Shown piece after piece: positions 10,178 to 21,370 of a stretch of 64,000 nt of DNA. This DNA comes from an uncultured Verrucomicrobiae bacterium. Its GTDB lineage: Bacteria > Verrucomicrobiota > Verrucomicrobiia > Limisphaerales > Palsa-1400. The translations under genes were made by a program, and so were the position numbers. Where the stretch lies: positions 544,001 to 608,000 of the forward strand of contig OY969763.1 of assembly GCA_963702845.1 (NCBI GenBank). The letters run 5' to 3'. Below the pieces are notes generated by a model. The model saw only the letters and a list, made by a program, of their open reading frames with translations, was not told the origin of the DNA and ran no database searches. Position 1 is the first letter of the stretch; the number at the start of each line of letters is the position of its first letter.

Positions 10178-12887
10178 GTGAAACTGAAACAACCGAAAGT
10201 TAAATCGTCCTCCAGTTCGGAACCATGCTGCTTCGCGCCAGTGGAGGCGCGCACTGAACGTCTCGTCAATCGCTCGAAAACGTGCTCGAATATACGCTGA
10301 AAAGCCAAGGCGCGGATCAGGTGAATATTTTCCTGGAGAACCTCGTCGAACGCCTTCAGGCCGAAGGGTTGAAAGTCGCTCCGCCGGTTAACACGCCTTA
10401 CGTCAATACGATCCCGGCCGAGAAAGAACCACAGTATCCCGGCAACCGCGAAATCGAGCGGCGAATAAAGAGTCTCGCGCGTTGGAATGCGATGGCGATG
10501 GTGGTAAATGCAAATCGCAATGACAGCGGCGTCGGTGGTCATATTTCCAGCTATGCTTCGATGGCGACGCTTTACGAAGTCGCCTATAACCATTTTTTCC
10601 GCGGCGGCGACAAAGGGCCCGCTGACTTGATTTATTTCCAAGGCCACACGACTCCCGGTAATTACGCGCGTGCATTTCTCGAATATCGTCTCGATGAAGG
10701 GCATCTGCACAATTTCCGCCATGGAACTGGCTGAAGGCGGCGGTTTGCCATCTTACCCGCATCCGTATTTGATGCCGGATTTCTGGCAATTCCCCACGGT
10801 ATCGATGGGCTTGGGGCCGACTTTGCTCGATTTATCAGGCGCGATTTATCCGTTATCTCAAAGCTCGTGGTTTGCTCAAACCGAACAAGAACCGCGCGTT
10901 TGGGCGTTCATCGGCGATGGCGAAACGGATGAACCGGAAACGCTCGGGTTCGATCAGTTTGGCCGCGCGCGAAAATCTGGACAATTTGACGTGGGTCGTG
11001 AACTGCAACCTGCAACGTCTCGACGGTCCGGTTCGCGGGAATAGCAAGATTATCCAGGAACTCGAAGGCATGTTCCGTGGGGCTGGTTGGAATGTCATCA
11101 AAGTGATTTGGGGTTCGAACTGGGATGAATTGTTCGCTGCGGATAAATCCGGCTTGCTCCTGAAGCGGCTTGATGAGGCGGTGGACGGTGACTTCCAAAA
11201 ATATACCGTCGAACCCGGTAGTTATATTCGTCGCCATTTCTTCGGCAAATATCCCGAGTTGCTGCGAATGGTGGATCATCTCAGCGACGAGCAATTCACG
11301 AAGCTCGTCCGTGGTGGTCATGACCCGAAGCAAGGTTTACGCGGCTTACAAAGCTGCTATGGAACACAAAGGACAGCCGACCGTGATTCTGGCCAAGACC
11401 GTCAAAGGCTACGGCCTCGGTGAAGCGGGCGAAGGTCGCAATATTTCGCATCAGCAGAAAAAGATGAACGAAAAGGAACTGCGCGAGTTCCGCCTTCGTT
11501 TTGACATTCCGATCGGTGACGAAGACGTTGTTGATACGCCGTTCTATCGTCCGCCCAAAGATTCGCCGGAAACAACTTATTTGCTCGAACGCCGGAAAAA
11601 GCTCGGTGGTTTCGTTCCGAAGCGCATCGTTAAAGCCGGAGCCACTGCAGACGCCGCGCAGCTGACTTCGTTCCCAGATTTGCTTAAAGGCAGTGGCGCG
11701 CGTGAAGTCTCCACCACGATCGCATTCGTCGCGATGTTGAATCACCTCGTGCGCGATCCTCACATTGGCCGTCGTGTCGTGCCGATTATTCCCGATGAAG
11801 CCCGCACGTTCGGTATCGACCCGATGTTTGCGCAGATTGGTATTTATTCGTCGAAGGGGCAGCTTTACGAGCCGGTCGATAAAAAAGGCTTGAGCTTCTA
11901 TCACGAGTGCAAAGACGGACAGATTTTGGAAGAAGGCATCACCGAATGCCGGTTCGATGTCCTCGTTTGTCGTCGGCCGGGACTGCTTACGCGAATCACG
12001 GTGTGAACATGATTCCGTTCTTTATTTACTATTCGATGTTCGGTTTCCAACGCGTTGGTGACGAAATCTGGCTGGCTGGCGATTCGCGCTCGAAAGGTTT
12101 CATGCTCGGCGCGACTGCTGGACGGACGACGTTGAACGGCGAAGGATTTACAACACCAAGACGGTCATAGCTTGATGATGGCCAGCACCGTGCCGAATCT
12201 TTTCGCCTACGATCCTGCTTTTGCTTACGAGGTCACCACGATCATCTGCGACGGGATGAAGCGCATGTTTCAGGACGGCGAAGAAAGTTTCTATTATCTG
12301 TGCCTCTACAACGAGAACTACCCGATGCCGCCGATGCCGGCGGTTGCCAGGAAGGCATTCTCAAGGGCCTTTATAAATTCCAGGAAGGCGCACCAGGCAA
12401 GAAGCACAAGGCGCAGATTTTCGGCAGTGGTCCCGATCATCGTTCGGCTTTGAAGGCTCAGCAGATTTTGGCTGAACGTTACGATGTTTCCGCCGATGTC
12501 TGGAGCGCGACCAGCTACAAGAATCTCCGCAACGACGCGTTGCTCTGCGAACGTTGGAACATGTTGCATCCGACCGAAACGGCGAAGAAACCTTACGTTC
12601 AACAGTTGCTCGAAAAAGAAAAAGGGCCGTTCGTTGCCGTGTCGGATTCCATGAAGATCGTTCCCGATCAGATTTCGAAATGGGTTCCCGGTGGTCTCAC
12701 CACGTTGGGCACAGACGGCTTTGGCCGCAGCGAAACGCGCGGTGCATTGCGTCGGTTTTTCGAAATCGATGCTGAGAGCGTGGTGCGTCGCGACCTTGCG
12801 CCAGATCGATCCGAAACTTGCCGCGCAAGCTATCAAAGATTTGAATATTAATCCTGAAAAAGCTTCCCGCAGCTTGCTACCCATTAA
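10178..12887 (+). CDS. aceE: Pyruvate dehydrogenase E1, homodimeric type, multiple frameshifts; ends approximate
   Basis: [70 protein letters not shown]. Confidence 0.93.
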
Positions 12888-12890
12888 AAT

Positions 12891-14195
12891 ATGGACGTTA
12901 AATTACCTACATCTCGGCGAAGGCGCCGACTCCGGCACAGTCGTTAACATTTACGTCAAAGAAGGCGACCAGATTGCAAAAGGCCAGAGCATCATTGAAC
13001 TGGAAACTGGCAAAGCCGTCGCGCCTGTGCCGTCTTCTGCAGCTGGCAAGGTGACGAAAGTTCTCGTCGCGGTCGGTGACAAAATTTCTGTCGGTGCGCC
13101 GTTGATTTCTGTCGGCGAAGGGGCGCTGGGGCACCGCTCCCGCTGCGGCAAACCCGCTGCTCCCGCTAAGGCCGCTTCGGTTCGTGCAACAGTTGCTCCC
13201 GCAGCTGCACCAGTAGCGGAAATGGACGAACCATGGAAGTCGAGGCTGACGAAGCCGATGCCGGGCGCTACCGCCAGCCGCTTCGCCTACGATTCGCCGC
13301 ATCGCGCGCGAACTCGGCATCGACCTGCGCAAAATTCGCGGCAGCGAATCCGGCGGCCGTATCGTCATGGCCGACGTCCGCGCTTACGTCCAACGCTTGC
13401 AACGAGTCGCTGCTCAGCCTCGCGCCGCCGCCGCCGTGCACCTGCAGCGCCGGCGAAGAAAATTGAATCGATTGATTTCTCGAAGTGGGGCCCGGTCGCT
13501 GAAGAAGCCGATGACGCCACTGCGCAAGGTCATCAGCCAACGCATGGCCGAAAGTTGGAACGCAGTTCCGCGCGTCACGCAGTTCGACGAAGCCGATCTC
13601 ACTGTTGTCACCGATCTTCGCAAAAAATACGCCGAGGTTTACGACAAGAAGGGCGCGAAACTCACGCTGACTAGCTTTGCGATCAAAGTTGTCGTCGATG
13701 CGTTGAAGAAGCATCCGATTTTCAACACCAGCCTCGACGAAGCCGCTGGCGACATCATTTACAAGGAATACGTTCACGTCGGTGTTGCCGTGGATACCGA
13801 CCAAGGGTCTAATCGTTCCGGTGATTCGCGATGCGGACACCAAAGACATGGTTCGCCTTTCCAAAGAACTGAACGACCTCGCGACCAAAACTCGCGAGCG
13901 CAAAATCGGCATCGAAGAATTGCAAGGCGGTTCGTTTACGATTTCAAACCAGGGCGGCATCGGCGGCGCTCATTTCACGCCGATCATTAACAAGCCTGAA
14001 GTCGCCATTCTCGGTATCGGCCGTGGTTCTTTGAAGCCAGTCGTTCGCGAAGGCAAAATCGAGCCGCGCCTGATGTTACCGTTGACTCTCGCTTACGATC
14101 ATCGCGTCATCGACGGCGGCAACGCTGTGCGTTTCATGCTCGAGATCGTTAAGGGCTTTGAAAAATTCAGCGAAGCTGCAGTAAAGATTTCCTAA
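12891..14195 (+). CDS. aceF: Dihydrolipoamide acetyltransferase E2 (single lipoyl domain), frameshifted
   Basis: MDVKLPHLGEG..ELETGKA lipoyl domain, E3-binding domain, FTISNQGGIGG, DHRVIDG. Confidence 0.92.
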
Positions 14196-14198
14196 CAC

Positions 14199-15626
14199 AT
14201 GGATCCGATCAAAACAGATATCGTTGTCCTCGGCGCTGGTCCCGGCGGATATGCCGCGGCATTTTATGCCGCTGACATGGGCAAAAAAGTTCTGCTCGTC
14301 GAACAAGATAAACGCCTCGGCGGCGTGTGCCTCAATCGCGGTTGCATTCCGTCGAAAGCATTGCTCCACGCCACGCATTTGTTCGGCGACGCCCGCGAAT
14401 CCGCTCATCGCGGCATCGTGTTCAGTGAACCGCAAATCGATTTGGAAAAACTTCGCGCGTGGAAAAATTCCGTGGTTGAAAAACTTTCTGGCGGTATCGG
14501 TTTCCTGGCGAAAAAGCGCGGCGTGCAAGTGCTCTACGGACGCGGCTACTTCGAAGATTCGAAAACATTGCGCGTTGAAACCGCTGAAGGCCAGCAATTC
14601 GTAAATTACGAAAAGTGTATTGTTGCCGTTGGTTCCAAGGCCGCGTTGCCTAAAGTGTTTGATCTCGGCAATCCGCGCATCATGACTTCGACCGAGAGCT
14701 TTGGAAGTCGAAGAAATTCCCGAAGACCTGCTCGTCGTTGGCGGCGGTTATATTGGCATGGAACTCGGCACCGTCTACGCGAATCTCGGCAGCAAAGTGG
14801 TTGTCGTTGAAATGCTCGACACCATTCTGGCCGGCGCAGATTCCGACCTCGCCCGCCCAGTGCATGAAATACGCGGAGAAGAATTTTCGCGAACTTCGTT
14901 TCAAAACGAAAGTCGTTGAAATGTCGACCAAGGGCAAAAAAGTGCGCGTCGTTACCGAAGGTCCCGATAAAGTTAAAAAAGAAGAACTTTACGATCGCGT
15001 GCTTGTGTCGATTGGTCGCACGCCAAATTGCCGCGATCTCGGCTTGGAAAACACCAAGGTCGAGCAGGATGAAAAAGGCTTTATCAAAGTTAACGAGAAG
15101 CAGGAGACAACTGACCCTTACATCATGGCCATCGGCGACATCGCTGGCGGCGTCATGCTGGCGCATAAGGCTTCCAAAGAAGCGCGCGTCGCCATCGAGG
15201 CGATTTTCGGTGAAGAAAGCACCTCGGAAGGTGTCGTAATTCCCGCGGTTGTTTTCACTCATCCCGAAGTCGCCTGGTGCGGTTTGACCGAATCCGAAGC
15301 GAAGGCAAAAGGCATCCATGTCGAGGTCGCGAAATTTCCTTGGGGCGCTTCCGGTCGCGCGTATGACCTTTGATAAACCGGAAGGTTTAACGAAGCTGAT
15401 CATTGACCCTGAAACCGAACGCGTTCTCGGAGTTGGAATTGTCGGTCACGGGGCAGGGGAACTCATCGCCGAAGGCGTGCTCGCCGTCGAAATGGGTGCC
15501 ACCGCGCAAGACCTCGCTGAGACAGTGCACCCGCATCCGACCCTTTCGGAGACGATGATGGAGTCCGCGGAAGTTTTCTACGGTCACCCGACTCACACGC
15601 TCGCGCCCAAAAAACGCGAGGAGTAA
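14199..15626 (+). CDS. lpdA: Dihydrolipoyl dehydrogenase E3, frameshifted
   Basis: [33 protein letters not shown]. Confidence 0.93.
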
Positions 15627-15627
15627 T

Positions 15628-16536
15628 TTATTTCTGTCCCAGATAACGCACTGCGTTCTCCACAATTTTGCGGGGAATCGGTTGTGTGAGGATGGGATAT
15701 GTTTCGTGTCCTGGGCGGAAATAGAAAATTTTACCTTTTCCTAATGTCCAAAGACAGCCGGCAGGAAAGGTTTCGTTCGTATCCCATTTTTCGTCGAAGA
15801 TTTGTGCATCTGGTTTAGGCACGTGAAACGGGCCAGCGTAAACTTCTGTCTGGGGAATATCAAACGTCTTCGGAACACCGCGCGCAATCGGATGGTCGGG
15901 CAACAACGTAGTGATGTGACTCGGTTTGCCATCGTTGTGAACGCCGGGAAACACGCAACTAGGCAACTTCACTTCTAAAACATCCTCACCGTTTGGACCG
16001 TTGATGCGTTTAGTCCACGGGGTTAAAGGCCCGTTCGCCGGTGCCAATCCGCCGAGGTCAGGCGGGTTAATTTGCAGCTTAACTTTCGACCGTTCATCCG
16101 CCGGAACAGAAGCAATCGCATCAGCAATCGCCTTTTGCCCATCGAATCAATAAAAACCTTCGACCAATGCGCCGAGTGCAGCGCGATCAAATTTAATTTC
16201 CCGGCGATGATCCGTTTCACGATGTCGTGCACGTGCTCGTCTTTTACCTCGCCATGCCGCTGGTGCCCCCACCAGATGAGGACATCGCAATTGTCGAGGG
16301 TCGCCGCCGAAAGCCCTTGGTCCGGATCATCCAGGCGCACGGACTTCACTGTGACTCCGGGCTCTTTCGACAAATAATCCGCAATGGCATTGCCCAAGAA
16401 AGTTTGTATAGGCCTTCTTTTGCGCCGGCTGCGCTTCGTCCCAGACGACGACTCGAATTGGTCGCGCCGCCATCGTGCCAAGGACGACTAAAAAGAAAGC
16501 GACAATCGCGACGAATCTGCGGCAGGTAGAAATCAT
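15628..16536 (-). CDS. ThuA-like (trehalose utilization) domain protein with signal peptide, frameshifted
   Basis: IRVVVWDE, DVLIWWGH..H, LIALHSAHWSK, FYFRPGHETYP. Confidence 0.85.
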
Positions 16537-16594
16537 ATTTGCATCTTATTCGTCGGGCTTTGCGCGTCGATAAAATAGTGGTATCAGTGCTTTC

Positions 16595-17152
16595 ATGATC
16601 AGACCGTGGCCAAAAAAATCTTCCAAATTCCTCGGCGACTTCCGCGTCTTCAAAGTGCGCTCTGACGAAAAAATTTCACCGCGCACAAATGAGGTGCATG
16701 AAATGTTCGTCCTCGAATCGCCCGACTGGGTGAACGTCATCCCGATTACCACCGATGGCCAAATGGTGCTGGTCGAACAATACCGCCAAGGCTCGGACAC
16801 AGTCGAACTCGAAGTCCCCGGCGGCGTGATGGACAAAACCGACAAATCTCCCGTTGAAACTGCCTGCCGCGAATTGAAGGAAGAAACCGGCTACGAAGGT
16901 GACAACGCGCGCGTCATCGGCAAAGTGTTTCCAAACCCCGCCATCATGAGCAACTCGTCCTACACCGTGCTCGTGGAGAATTGCCGATGCGTTTGTGAGG
17001 TGAATTTTGACAGCGGAGAGGACATAATCACCCGACTTGTTGATCCGGCGAGCATTCCTAAGTTAGTCGCAGAGAACAAGATACGTCATTCCATCGTCAT
17101 CGCTGCCCTCTATCATTACGAGCTCTACAGAGATTTAAAAAATTTTAAATAA
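16595..17152 (+). CDS. NUDIX hydrolase (ADP-ribose pyrophosphatase-like)
   Basis: EQYR..ELEVPGG..ETACRELKEETGY Nudix box. Confidence 0.9.
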   Translation: MIRPWPKKSSKFLGDFRVFKVRSDEKISPRTNEVHEMFVLESPDWVNVIPITTDGQMVLVEQYRQGSDTVELEVPGGVMDKTDKSPVETACRELKEETGYEGDNARVIGKVFPNPAIMSNSSYTVLVENCRCVCEVNFDSGEDIITRLVDPASIPKLVAENKIRHSIVIAALYHYELYRDLKNFK

Positions 17153-17156
17153 TTTT

Positions 17157-17183
17157 TCACTTGGACAGCCTTTGTCCAAGTGA
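17157..17183. promoter_or_regulatory. Perfect inverted repeat TCACTTGGACA-N5-TGTCCAAGTGA, candidate operator
   Basis: 11-bp arms, 19 bp upstream of ATG 17203; lacks a proper U-tract. Confidence 0.5.
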
Positions 17184-17202
17184 GGTTTGTAGAGTTGTTG
17201 GC

Positions 17203-17409
17203 ATGATTACTACAAATCAGATGGAATTAGGTTTCGAGCAACAGCAACTTTCCGCCAACGGCCGCGCGCGCCACAGCAGCCGCCAGACTCGCGCCGATTG
17301 GTGGTTCAGGCAGATGCGCCGCGTAGTTGACCTCGCGATGGAATGGCGTCCGGCACCTCGCGCGCGCCATCAACAATCCTACATGGTCCTCTCCGCTCGC
17401 CAGTCCTGA
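17203..17409 (+). CDS. Small hypothetical protein (QMELGF..WWFRQMRRVVD..W.PAP..R.Q)
   Basis: 68-aa ORF filling the gap, with TAGAGT 7 nt upstream and a hairpin downstream. Confidence 0.7.
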   Translation: MITTNQMELGFEQQQLSANGRARHSSRQTRADWWFRQMRRVVDLAMEWRPAPRARHQQSYMVLSARQS

Positions 17410-17418
17410 GCACACAAA

Positions 17419-17455
17419 GGGCGATGGTTGGACGTGCATTGTCCAACCATCGCCC
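17419..17455. terminator. Bidirectional terminator hairpin (15-bp stem)
   Basis: GGGCGATGGTTGGAC-N7-GTCCAACCATCGCCC between convergent genes. Confidence 0.75.
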
Positions 17456-17476
17456 GGAACTTTTGAAACGTTGCGA

Positions 17477-18511
17477 CTATTTCCCCAACAGATGCTCAAT
17501 GACCATCTGGTCGAGATTCTGATAATCGCGATTCACGATGAGCTTCTTGGCTGCGGCGTCGTCGAACGACCGCGCCTTCTCGACCAATCGCAAAAATGTT
17601 TTGCGGCTGTTATCGAGGTGAGCGAGCCAATGCTCCGGCTTCGTCGTGCGGAACGGATGCACGTCGAAACAAACGTATTCGCCGTTTTTGCCGTATCCAT
17701 TTCGTTCAAGAGCGCGCACTTGGTTGAACGCTGAACGGAGATTGGTGCTGCCGAATGGCTTGTCCTGGTCGAACTTCAAACCGTTCTGATCGTTCAGGTG
17801 CAACGACCACAATTTCCCAAACGCCATCGCAAAATCGATTTCATCTGCGGGGTCCAAACCAGCCAAAATCGCATGCGCCGATTCGATCAAACAACCAACG
17901 CGTTTTGGGTCGCGAGTGAGCTGCGCGATCGCGAGAGCGTGACCAATCGTTGGAATGTAAGCGTGATCCATCGGCTCATTCGGTTTCGGTTCGATCGACA
18001 ACCGAACCTTTTTATCGGCAGCCAACATCTTGTCGAACGCCTCAACCAACAAATCAACGCTGCGACGGCCGTTCTTGGCTTCACGCAGGTATGTGCCTTC
18101 CCGTGCCAGCCAAAGAACCAGCAAGTCGGTCCCGAGAATTTTTCCGATTTCGATACAGCGCAGAGAACGATCGATTGCGTATTGGCGATGCTTCGGATCA
18201 TTGCTGGTGTAAGCACCGTCGATGGTGTTCGGCGAAAACCAAAGTCTCGGCGCGGTCATTTCCGCCGCGACGCCCGCGTCGTCCAATTTCTTCTTTAGCT
18301 CCTTCGCTTCCTTGCGAATCTGCGCGTCCGACTTTCCATCGATATCCGGTACCGCGTCATCGTCGTGAAACATCATCGCGTCGAACCCGAGCTTCTTCAG
18401 CGCACCAAGCTTCCAATCAAAATCCTGCGCGGGACGCGTGGTCGGCCCGTAAGGATCCTGACCTTCGCTGATGTTCCACGGGCCGAAACAAAATTTATAA
18501 CGTGTGGGCAT
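17477..18511 (-). CDS. Xylose isomerase-like TIM barrel enzyme (class I-like)
   Basis: FHDDD, IEPKPNEP, HLNDQ.G.KFDQD and FDVHP motifs. Confidence 0.85.
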   Translation of the reverse strand: MPTRYKFCFGPWNISEGQDPYGPTTRPAQDFDWKLGALKKLGFDAMMFHDDDAVPDIDGKSDAQIRKEAKELKKKLDDAGVAAEMTAPRLWFSPNTIDGAYTSNDPKHRQYAIDRSLRCIEIGKILGTDLLVLWLAREGTYLREAKNGRRSVDLLVEAFDKMLAADKKVRLSIEPKPNEPMDHAYIPTIGHALAIAQLTRDPKRVGCLIESAHAILAGLDPADEIDFAMAFGKLWSLHLNDQNGLKFDQDKPFGSTNLRSAFNQVRALERNGYGKNGEYVCFDVHPFRTTKPEHWLAHLDNSRKTFLRLVEKARSFDDAAAKKLIVNRDYQNLDQMVIEHLLGK

Positions 18512-18568
18512 AATTCAATTCCAAATTAATTGTTCAAAGTTCAAGGTCGACGCGCTAATCTCCGCGCA

Positions 18569-19935
18569 ATGACCAACAGACTGACGACGCTGCTTATTTT
18601 GCTTTTCGCCGTGCTTGCGGCAAGCGCCAAATCGCCAAACATCATTATCATTCTCGACGATGACCTTGGCTTCGGCGACCTCGGCTGCTACGGCAATCCA
18701 AGTATCAACACTCCAAATCTCGACCGCATGGCAGCCGAAGGCCTGCGCTTCACCGAATATTACGCGCCGCACAATCTCTGCACCCCCAGCCGCGCCGCGC
18801 TGCTCACCGGACGGCTCGCGTTGCGTAGCGGCATGCAAGGCAGCGAAAAACATCACGTCCTTTATCCGAACAATACCGGGCGGCCTTCCCGAAAGCGAAA
18901 TCACCATCGCCCGCGCGCTCAAGACCGCCGGTTACAGCCACTTGTGCAATCGGCAAATGGCACCTTGGCTGTTTGCCGCAATACCTGCCGACCAGTCACG
19001 GCTTCGATTACTTCTTCGGCCTCCCATATTCCAACGACATGGACACGTCCAGCGCGAAAGTCCGCAACCAGGACAGCGACGGTCAACATCCCGACTGGCA
19101 TCATTTCAACGTCCCATTGATGCGCGGCACCAACATAATCGAACGCCCTGCCAATCAGGAAACCCTCACTCAACGCTACACGGACGAAGCGGTTAAGTTC
19201 GTGCGCGACCATCGCAAAAAACCGTTCTTCATGTATTTCGCGCATACTTTCCCGCACGTGCCGCTTTTTGCCTCCGACAAATTCAAAGGCAAAAGCAAGC
19301 GCGGTCTCTTCGGCGACACTGTTGAAGAAATGGACTGGAGCGTCGGTGAACTCTTGCGCACGTTGCGCGAAGAAAAAATCGCTGATAACACATTTGTCTT
19401 CTTCACCAGCGACAATGGTCCTTGGCTAATCCGAAAACTCAATGGCGGTAGCGCCGGCCTGTTGCGCGACGGCAAAGGCGGCACTTGGGACGGAGGCCAT
19501 CACGTGCCAGCAATCGCATGGTGGCCTGGCAAAATCAAACCCGGTGTCACGAGCGAAGTTGCTTCGGGACTGGACCTCTTCACCACATCGCTCGCCTTAG
19601 CTGGCGTTCAGCAACCGACTGATCGCGTCATTGACGGCCTCGACATGCGCCCGCTGCTCTTCGACGGAAAATCGCAACGCGATACCATCTTCTTCTACGC
19701 CGGGCCAGACCTTCGAGCCGTCCGGCACAATAACTACAAGGCGCACTATATTACTCAGGATGGCTACAGCAAAGACCCACCGGTGATACACAATCCTCCT
19801 TTGCTAATGGAAGTCGACCAGGACCCGAGCGAAAAGTTCGACATGACCAAAGACCATCCCGAAGAACTCAAAGCCATCGAGCGCATCGTCAATATGCACA
19901 AAGCCGTGATGGTTCCGGGGAAACCACAATACTAA
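18569..19935 (+). CDS. Formylglycine-dependent (S1) arylsulfatase A-like sulfatase, frameshifted
   Basis: [26 protein letters not shown]-like region, FTSDNGP. Confidence 0.92.
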
Positions 19936-19936
19936 C

Positions 19937-20803
19937 ATGAGTCTGGAAATTCCTGGTCGCGTAAAACTCTCCACCGGCAACGGCGATCTGCCAAAGGTCG
20001 CCATCACATCGGACTGGAGCACTGCAGAAATTTATCTACACGGCGCGCACGTCACTCACTTCCAAAAGAACGGCGAACCCCCGGTTCTTTTCATGAGCCA
20101 GAAGAGCCGCTTCCAACACGACTCACCTATTCGTGGCGGCATCCCGATCATTCTGCCGTGGTTCGGTTCGCGCGAGGGCCATCTCGCTCACGGGTTCGCT
20201 CGTTTGCAGGAATGGGAAATATCCGACACCTCCGAAAATAAAGGTGCCGTAAAAACCCATTTCACGATGCCGAACTGTCAGGCTGCCGCAGAATTCCCAC
20301 CATTCGCCATCGAGTTCGTCGTGACCGTCGCCCAGTCGCTAACCTGTGAACTCCTCATTACCAATAAATCTCAGCAAAACTTCACCTTCGAAGACTGTCT
20401 CCACACCTATTTTCAAATCGGCGATGTCAGCCAGATTTCCGTCACCGGTCTGAAAGGCGCAGCTTATCTCGACCAAATGGAAAACTTCGCCCGCAAAACC
20501 GAAACCAACGACCAAATCAAAATTACCGGCGAAACCGACCGCATCTATCTCAACACCGAATCCACCGTTGAAATCCACGACGCAGAACTAAAGCGCCGCA
20601 TTCGCATCGCAAAGTCCGGCTCCCACTCCACGGTCCTTTGGAACCCCTGGATCGACAAATCCAAACGCATGCCCGATTTCGGCGACGAAGAATTTCACCA
20701 CATGGTCTGCGTCGAATCCTGCAACGTCTCCGAAAACAAACGCACGCTCGCCCCCGGCCAAACGTCGTCTCTCAAAATCGACTTAAGCACCATTCTGTTG
20801 TAA
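19937..20803 (+). CDS. D-hexose-6-phosphate mutarotase (YeaD-like)
   Basis: IRGGIP..PWFG, HGFAR, LHTYF, WNPW, MVCVE. Confidence 0.9.
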   Translation: MSLEIPGRVKLSTGNGDLPKVAITSDWSTAEIYLHGAHVTHFQKNGEPPVLFMSQKSRFQHDSPIRGGIPIILPWFGSREGHLAHGFARLQEWEISDTSENKGAVKTHFTMPNCQAAAEFPPFAIEFVVTVAQSLTCELLITNKSQQNFTFEDCLHTYFQIGDVSQISVTGLKGAAYLDQMENFARKTETNDQIKITGETDRIYLNTESTVEIHDAELKRRIRIAKSGSHSTVLWNPWIDKSKRMPDFGDEEFHHMVCVESCNVSENKRTLAPGQTSSLKIDLSTILL

Positions 20804-20854
20804 GAAATAGTTCATCTTGTTCGAGATCGCCGCTAAAACACGCCCACACCGCTC

Positions 20855-21175
20855 ATGAAAAGCATCGCCCAGCTCAATCCCGATTCGGCCGCCAATCTGA
20901 CGGAGTGGTTGAAACAGGAGCAAATCCCTTGCGAAACCAAAACCGCTATCGACGAAGGAGGACTTGAAGTAGTAGACGTTCTCGTTGCAGACGAAGATTT
21001 CGACCGCGCGTGCGACGCCGCCGAAAAATGGGACGCCGCGATGCAGGCCGAGCGAGAAAAAAAATCGACCCGCAAATGCGACCAATGCGGCTCTAACCAA
21101 CTCGAAACCGTTCCTCACGACACCCTGGAAATGGTCCTCCGTTGCAAAGCCTGTGGAACCCTCATGCCGCTCTGA
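20855..21175 (+). CDS. Hypothetical protein, DUF2007-like N-terminus plus C-terminal zinc ribbon
   Basis: L..EQIPC..VLVADED..RA; CDQCGS..CKACG. Confidence 0.7.
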   Translation: MKSIAQLNPDSAANLTEWLKQEQIPCETKTAIDEGGLEVVDVLVADEDFDRACDAAEKWDAAMQAEREKKSTRKCDQCGSNQLETVPHDTLEMVLRCKACGTLMPL

Positions 21176-21370
21176 TTTCGGCAAATTATCAACTCGGTCT
21201 GCGCATCTCCGCCTCTTTGCTTCTTTGCGGCTTTGTGTTGAACTCCGACTCACCGACTTACCCACTTACCGTTCCCTTGCTGCCTTGGCAGTAAGATCCG
21301 ACTATAAATCTGCGACCATTTTATAACTGACATCCCCCTGAACCTCCCTCAACATACTGATGTAAAGCAT

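Noticed and set aside
10178..15626. Pseudogenisation or programmed frameshifting of the PDH operon
   Set aside because: The catalytic motifs I checked are intact, and indels are scattered through all neighbouring genes; sequencing error is far more parsimonious
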